Shown here: positions 58,841-64,000 of the stretch, in pieces
How positions within the stretch are numbered: the first letter of the stretch is position 1
Layout of the letters: every line of letters begins with the position of its first letter
From: an uncultured virus (IMG/VR IMGVR_UViG_3300037497_000123)
Taxonomy: Duplodnaviria > Heunggongvirae > Uroviricota > Caudoviricetes
DNA length: 64,000 bases
IMG/VR virus record: IMGVR_UViG_3300037497_000123
Reading direction: 5' to 3' (one strand)
Translations under genes and position numbers: made by a program
Notes under the pieces: generated by a model
Told to the model about the DNA's origin: nothing
Databases searched by the model: none
The model's input: the letters and a program-made list of their open reading frames with translations, nothing else

Positions 58841-59005
58841 ATGTCCTGCTATGACTGTCAGAAAAGCCTGCCACGAACTTCAGAAGAAGACTACGAGGTG
58901 TTGTTGAATCCGGGCGGGGTATGTGCGATTTGTCGGCAACGAGAGACTCTAAAAGCAGCCGCTGCTTATTTGGAACAAGCTTCAGCTAAACGAGGGCCTA
59001 CCTAA
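58841..59005 (+). pseudogene. internally deleted endonuclease VII-like remnant (54 aa)
   Basis: CYDC, EDYE.LL...GGVCAIC, L.AA.AYL; no DHDH or RGLLC. Confidence 0.6.
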
Positions 59006-59691
59006 TGGCTTTCTCCGTATCATCTTCTGATGTTTCGGGTGCACGCATATCGGGGTACGACGAGCAACTAACTATTGCGCCGGAGGAAGTGGATTATCCA
59101 CAGACGCCGGCCGGTCGACGCGTGGAAACCACTAGTGGTTCCGTGATCAAACAGACCCCAGCAACGGATCCTCGCATTCGGGCATGGAGTTGGAGTGGAT
59201 TGCCGAACTACACGGTCGCTCCGCGATACATCCAAATGATTCATCGACTGGAAGCGTTGGTGTCCACTACTAGGCGTACTCGGAATCTAAGTCCTTGGGT
59301 GTATTTGAAAGAAGATCTTACGGATGAATTTCGGTTATGGCATTTCGATTCGGGGACGGCCAGCTCAGTAGCGGCCGGCACGCTCACGGATTCTGGAAAG
59401 ACCTGGACCACGAACGCTCTAGCAAACAGCGTGGTGGAAATCGTATCAGGCACGGGTGCGGGACAACGTCGAACGGTCACCAGCAACACGGGCACCGTAT
59501 TGAGTGTGTCCCCGGACTGGACCACACAGCCGAGTAGTGCTGTCTATAACGTGCAGTGGGGAGAATCCACGTGGGTGCGCTGTCGGGTGTTGTCCGTGGC
59601 CAAGAAGCCGGTTTCACGTGCGGGGGTGTCGTTTGATATGGTGCGCATGGAATTCGTGGTTGATGATCCAGCTTGGAATTTTTTGGGATAG
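59005..59691 (+). CDS. distal tail (Dit)-like protein
   Basis: Follows TMP; inserted GT.....LTD...W...GTGAGQ.R module. Confidence 0.6.
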   Translation: MAFSVSSSDVSGARISGYDEQLTIAPEEVDYPQTPAGRRVETTSGSVIKQTPATDPRIRAWSWSGLPNYTVAPRYIQMIHRLEALVSTTRRTRNLSPWVYLKEDLTDEFRLWHFDSGTASSVAAGTLTDSGKTWTTNALANSVVEIVSGTGAGQRRTVTSNTGTVLSVSPDWTTQPSSAVYNVQWGESTWVRCRVLSVAKKPVSRAGVSFDMVRMEFVVDDPAWNFLG

Positions 59692-59693
59692 CC

Positions 59694-60188
59694 ATGCCTG
59701 ACACTGAAATTGACACCAAATATTGCACTCTTTGTAATGAAGAGTTTCCAAACACTCGAGAATATTTCGGATTCCAACGGGAGAAATTGGAAGCTAGATG
59801 TCAACAGTGCAAAAGAACGCTTCTCAAGGCTTGGCGGAAAAAGAATCCCCTGCTTTATGGTGCTCAAAAGAAGCGCCATAAAACTAGGAATCCTCGGATG
59901 TACAAGAATTCGATGTTGAAACATTACTATGGAATTACCATCGAAGTTTACGAAGAAATGTTACGGCAACAAAATGGAGTATGTGCCATCTGCAAGAATC
60001 CCGAGAGAGTTCGCAAAGCTGGGACTCAGGAATCAAAGGCGTTATCCGTGGACCACGATCATCGTACTGGAAGGATTCGCGGGTTGCTTTGCACCAATTG
60101 CAATACAGCCCTAGGGCTGCTTTTTGAGAACACTACGATGTGTTTTGCGGTTGTTGAGTACATCCGATTTCACATGCAGAGAGCTTAA
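59694..60188 (+). CDS. endonuclease VII-type HNH homing endonuclease
   Basis: YGIT...Y..M...Q.G.CAIC, LSVDHDH.TG.IRGLLC..CN..LG. Confidence 0.9.
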   Translation: MPDTEIDTKYCTLCNEEFPNTREYFGFQREKLEARCQQCKRTLLKAWRKKNPLLYGAQKKRHKTRNPRMYKNSMLKHYYGITIEVYEEMLRQQNGVCAICKNPERVRKAGTQESKALSVDHDHRTGRIRGLLCTNCNTALGLLFENTTMCFAVVEYIRFHMQRA

Positions 60189-63100
60189 TGGCAATCTGGA
60201 CAGCGAAACGAGAAGCAAGTTACGTCCATTCTGTAGATTCGTGGGACAGTCCGTTCACGCCACTTGAGACAGACGTGGCGTCGTATGGGCTGCGCGTAGA
60301 TGTCGTGGAACCGCATGCAAGCTACGCCTGGACCACGGGGTTTCTCACGAATGTGAAGGCGGCTTCCGCCTCCGCATTGTTTGGGGTGTTCACGGATACC
60401 ACGAAATCCACACGGCTTATCCTCGATGGGCGGGCTCCAAACCTTGTGGAATACTGGAGTGCTGGCACTCCCAATTGGTATGGGGGAAGTCAGCGGGGTC
60501 GGGTGGCTCTGCACTGGCGCGGGTTCATTAGGCCGGCGGCCGGTCGCGGTTGGTTTGATACGGCCAGCTCGGTCACCCTGTCCCTCGCATTTGCGGGGCA
60601 GGGGTTTGTGCGGTGCACCAAGACCATTAGTGCCACGACAACGGACTTGCAGATCAACTCCGCCAATGGGTACCAACTGTCGGAGCAAGATTGGATCGAT
60701 CAGGGCTATCGATTCACCTCCACGGTGACGCTGGCGCCGGGAGATTCGATCGATGTGTATTACTTGCAAGACAAGGAAACTTGGGGCGGCCTCACTGCGA
60801 AAGTGGTATCGGGGTCTACTCAAACCAATGCCTTGGCGGCCGCCGGACCGGTGCTGGGTTGTGGGCTGTTTGACACAGGAACACAGCCTCCCAAGAAGTC
60901 CTGGAAGCATGTGCAGGACATGCAGGTAGTTGTGGACGCTGGGCAGGCATCGCAAGCCACCTTAAGTATTCCACTAGTCAATCCTGCGGTAGGCAAACAT
61001 GATGGGTTTGGGTGGGAGTGGCGCCAAGACAATACGGATGATCCGGGCTACCTAGCACTCTGGGATGGGGGTGTCGAGCAGTTCACGATTCGTCGCGGGC
61101 GTCTGATTCGGGTGCGCGCGGGCTATGCGGACGCGGACAACACACCGTTGTTCACAGATGCCTTTTCAGACCTCGATGGCACACTCCTGCAGAACCACAC
61201 CGCTCATGGCATGGCGTGGAGTAAGCACACATCGTACTCGGGAGGAAGTGCAGAAGTGTCGGCGACGGGTCGCATTTTTGCGGCAACGGTCACGGCTCTC
61301 TACACCAACAATTTGTACCTTCCCTCGGCCGATTATGAAGTGCGAGCCGATTTTGTGCCGCGCACCTCTACCACTGATCAAACGGGACTTGTGGGGCGGT
61401 GTTCGACTAGTGCCGATACGATGTACATGCTTCGGTATCACGGAGGTTTGGGAAGTTGGGACTTGCTCAAGTTCGTGGCGGGAACGGCCACCACACTAGG
61501 GTCTTACTCCCAATCGCTCACGGTGGATCAGGCCTACGCGATTCGGTTGCGTATGGTGGGGCAAACCATCAGCGCTTTCGTGGATGGGGTTGAACGCATT
61601 ACGGCCACGGATTCAGCAATTACAACGGCTGGAGTAGCGGGAGTGCGTTTTGCTGGGGGCGCGGGCACGGATACGACCGGCCAACATCTTGACAATTTCC
61701 AAGTGTGGGCGGTTGCCGGTGATCAACAGGAAACGATCATCACGGGGATCCTTCAGGATATTCCGAAGCCGAAGGATGGGAAGGCACAGGTTCGTGTCAT
61801 TGGATTTGAACATCGCTTGATCGAGGCCCGTAATCGACTCGAGCCGGATCCCGTGAGCTACATGACCTTTGGGTACCGAAAGATCACTGGGATTTCGGAG
61901 CCGGTCTATGGAGTGACTGCCTACGACTTCTGGACGATCGAGAACGCGGTCGCCGATTCGGCATATCGGTCGGGAATCGACGCGTCTCGCCTACGACAAC
62001 CCCTCAAGATTCGGCAAAGCGACGGTTCCTACACCACGGTGAACTTCTCCGGCACGTCGGTGGCCAAGGGGACGTGGAGTTCCAGCGGGGTCGTTTTGTA
62101 TGGCCCGGCGGCAGCCTGTGGAGACGGGATCACTACGGTGGCGGCATGGCATACGGATAGTGGAGTACCGGGCGCTTATGTGCAGGTGGACCTCGGGGTT
62201 GGGATGCTCGTGGACACGTGTAGCATTTGGAAAACATCAGCTTCCGCCTACGCGGGTGTTTACAAGGTTCGGTATTCTGGGGATGGGGCTACCTGGACGG
62301 ACGTGGCTACCGGCATCAATCCCACCGGTTCGGGTGCCAACACCGTGACGTTTGCGGCTGTGAGTGCTCGATACTGGAGGATTGAACTTACGAACACACC
62401 AGGAGGCGGGGATTCGCTAAGTGAAGTGCAGTTCAATCTTGTCGGTTCCAATTTCCTCAAGTTCCGGGCGCGGTCGGTGGCCGGCACTCCCCTGACTCTT
62501 GAGCACGCCATTCACTATGGCAATGTGGGAACGCTGTTTACGGAAGTCAAACCCCTCGATGACCCTTATTTGTTCACACCGGAATCTCGGGACGATTCCT
62601 GGTCTCGGGTCATGGAAATTGCGGATCGATATGGCTACGATGCTCGATTTGATGCTGTAGGAGATTTCGTGTTGGCATCGCGAGCTAATGCGGCCTATGC
62701 ATATGATACGGGCATCGGGGATTCTGTGCAAGCAAGCACTCGCAAAACTCGCCCGTCAGCCTACAAGGGCACCTACATCGAATGGGCGGTAGCACCAACG
62801 ATCACGAAACAAGTTCGCGGAGCTCGGATTGACGTGTCATTGCCTCGAGGTGCGGGGCTTGGCTCCTGGGCTTCTATTACTGTGACGCGCGCGTCTACGG
62901 GTGCAACTGTAGGCACGCGCACGGCGGTCGATGTAGCCACTGGAGTGACTTCCGATGTGTACTACTACGATTATCGCAGTAGCACGTCCGGAGCGAACGC
63001 GACCATTCTCACACTGTATGTGGGGGATTTTGATACATACAACGTCACGTTTGTAGGCACCGGAGCTACGACGAGGCGCCTCGATACCCTGTTTGTGTAC

Positions 63101-64000
63101 CACAAAGATCCGCTTGGCATTGTAAGCTCGGAAGGCCCGGCGTGGTCGGGAGTTGCCTACGCGCTCACGACAGCAGAGAACGCCCTCACTGTCGATGCGC
63201 AGGATGCCGGCGACGACATGCGCAACAGTGTGTTGGTGGTCGGCCAGCGGAAAGCGACCGTCACGGATTCGGAGAAGTTCAAGACCAACCCAAACAACCC
63301 AGATCCAGAGTTTATCGTGGAACTGGCGGTGGACGCGGCCTCGATTTCGGATCCCACGGCCAAGAACTACGTGGGTATGCGGCGGGAAGCGGTCATCATT
63401 GACCCCAAGATTACGGACCAGGATTATGCGGCGTACCTAGCGCGCACAGCGGTCTATCGTTATCGGACGCCTCGGCCGCCGGCGGACATTACACACACCT
63501 TGATTGCCGAACTTAATCAACGGGTGTGCTTGTCCGTGGCCGAAGTCACGTACCAGTCCGTGAGAGCCACGACGAATTTGTGGGTAACGGGGTATACACA
63601 CACTGTGGGTGTAGACGGTCATTTCGAGACCGCGATTCGAACTGCTGCCTGGCCGGAGTTCCCAAGCTATGAGCCACGGGCCGACATCGATATTGATGCG
63701 GATTTCGGCAGCTCCCCCATTGCGAATGTGGAAGTCCGGTACACGGGATGTTCGAACATGGCCCAAGTCAATTTGTCGGATACAGGGGTGGTGAAAGATT
63801 CGGTAGACATGGAGGATATTGTGTCCGTGGCCGGCGTGGCGGTATCGGCGGCAAGTCCTCCTGATCCGGAATTTCTCAGCTTGTCCACGAGTCCGTGGCC
63901 TCCGGTTCCCGGCACACTCTCCATTTTCCCGAGTGCAGGAGGGTTTACTGGTGGAGTCATAGAAGACTATGGCCCCTACGAGTGGAATGGTGCGCTTCCG
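60188..64000 (+). CDS. large tail tip/hub protein with PA14-like, lectin-like and F5/8 (discoidin)-like domains; runs off the window
   Basis: ATG at 60188 (TAATG); absent from the ORF track, consistent with no stop; frame spot-checked at 62171 (YVQVDLG...YSGDG.TW...ARYWRI) and at the end. Confidence 0.75.
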   Translation, partial: MAIWTAKREASYVHSVDSWDSPFTPLETDVASYGLRVDVVEPHASYAWTTGFLTNVKAASASALFGVFTDTTKSTRLILDGRAPNLVEYWSAGTPNWYGGSQRGRVALHWRGFIRPAAGRGWFDTASSVTLSLAFAGQGFVRCTKTISATTTDLQINSANGYQLSEQDWIDQGYRFTSTVTLAPGDSIDVYYLQDKETWGGLTAKVVSGSTQTNALAAAGPVLGCGLFDTGTQPPKKSWKHVQDMQVVVDAGQASQATLSIPLVNPAVGKHDGFGWEWRQDNTDDPGYLALWDGGVEQFTIRRGRLIRVRAGYADADNTPLFTDAFSDLDGTLLQNHTAHGMAWSKHTSYSGGSAEVSATGRIFAATVTALYTNNLYLPSADYEVRADFVPRTSTTDQTGLVGRCSTSADTMYMLRYHGGLGSWDLLKFVAGTATTLGSYSQSLTVDQAYAIRLRMVGQTISAFVDGVERITATDSAITTAGVAGVRFAGGAGTDTTGQHLDNFQVWAVAGDQQETIITGILQDIPKPKDGKAQVRVIGFEHRLIEARNRLEPDPVSYMTFGYRKITGISEPVYGVTAYDFWTIENAVADSAYRSGIDASRLRQPLKIRQSDGSYTTVNFSGTSVAKGTWSSSGVVLYGPAAACGDGITTVAAWHTDSGVPGAYVQVDLGVGMLVDTCSIWKTSASAYAGVYKVRYSGDGATWTDVATGINPTGSGANTVTFAAVSARYWRIELTNTPGGGDSLSEVQFNLVGSNFLKFRARSVAGTPLTLEHAIHYGNVGTLFTEVKPLDDPYLFTPESRDDSWSRVMEIADRYGYDARFDAVGDFVLASRANAAYAYDTGIGDSVQASTRKTRPSAYKGTYIEWAVAPTITKQVRGARIDVSLPRGAGLGSWASITVTRASTGATVGTRTAVDVATGVTSDVYYYDYRSSTSGANATILTLYVGDFDTYNVTFVGTGATTRRLDTLFVYHKDPLGIVSSEGPAWSGVAYALTTAENALTVDAQDAGDDMRNSVLVVGQRKATVTDSEKFKTNPNNPDPEFIVELAVDAASISDPTAKNYVGMRREAVIIDPKITDQDYAAYLARTAVYRYRTPRPPADITHTLIAELNQRVCLSVAEVTYQSVRATTNLWVTGYTHTVGVDGHFETAIRTAAWPEFPSYEPRADIDIDADFGSSPIANVEVRYTGCSNMAQVNLSDTGVVKDSVDMEDIVSVAGVAVSAASPPDPEFLSLSTSPWPPVPGTLSIFPSAGGFTGGVIEDYGPYEWNGALP

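Noticed and set aside
143..63960. Minus-strand ORFs in the track
   Set aside because: They are antisense to well-supported, translationally coupled + strand genes and show no recognisable motifs
1..64000. Alternative genetic code or diversity-generating retroelement
   Set aside because: Core genes are intact under the standard code; no reverse transcriptase or TR/VR pair seen

Overview
This is a 64-kb segment of a large tailed dsDNA phage, most likely a siphovirus (long tape measure, no sheath recognised). All credible genes are on the + strand. Order: (1-6.5 kb) small modular early ORFs joined by shared linker repeats; (6.8-21 kb) replication genes (Whirly-like SSB, iteron-bearing initiator, DnaC-like loader, AEP primase-Fe/S-helicase fusion, PolA) mixed with IscA, sugar-modifying enzymes, a macrodomain protein and a lysis-like cassette; (21-28 kb) nucleotide and recombination genes (MazG-like, dATP/dGTP diphosphohydrolase, HAD, RecA, RuvC); (28-40 kb) terminase, ApaLI-like nuclease, portal, C5 DNA methyltransferase and a glycosyltransferase cluster; (40-64 kb) head and tail genes, including a -1 frameshifted tail chaperone. 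The most notable observation is a sigma70-family factor split into two genes in inverted order (sigma4 then sigma2). It co-occurs with two classes of fixed-spacing promoter-like motifs read from the sequence: GTKATRA-N15-CGTCTCT before middle genes, and TGC-N19-CGACWYA-N4-TAG before late genes and the sigma2 gene itself. IscA and RecA resemble Gemmatimonadota proteins from memory, which is an unverified host hint. All family calls come from motif recognition by eye, not database searches.
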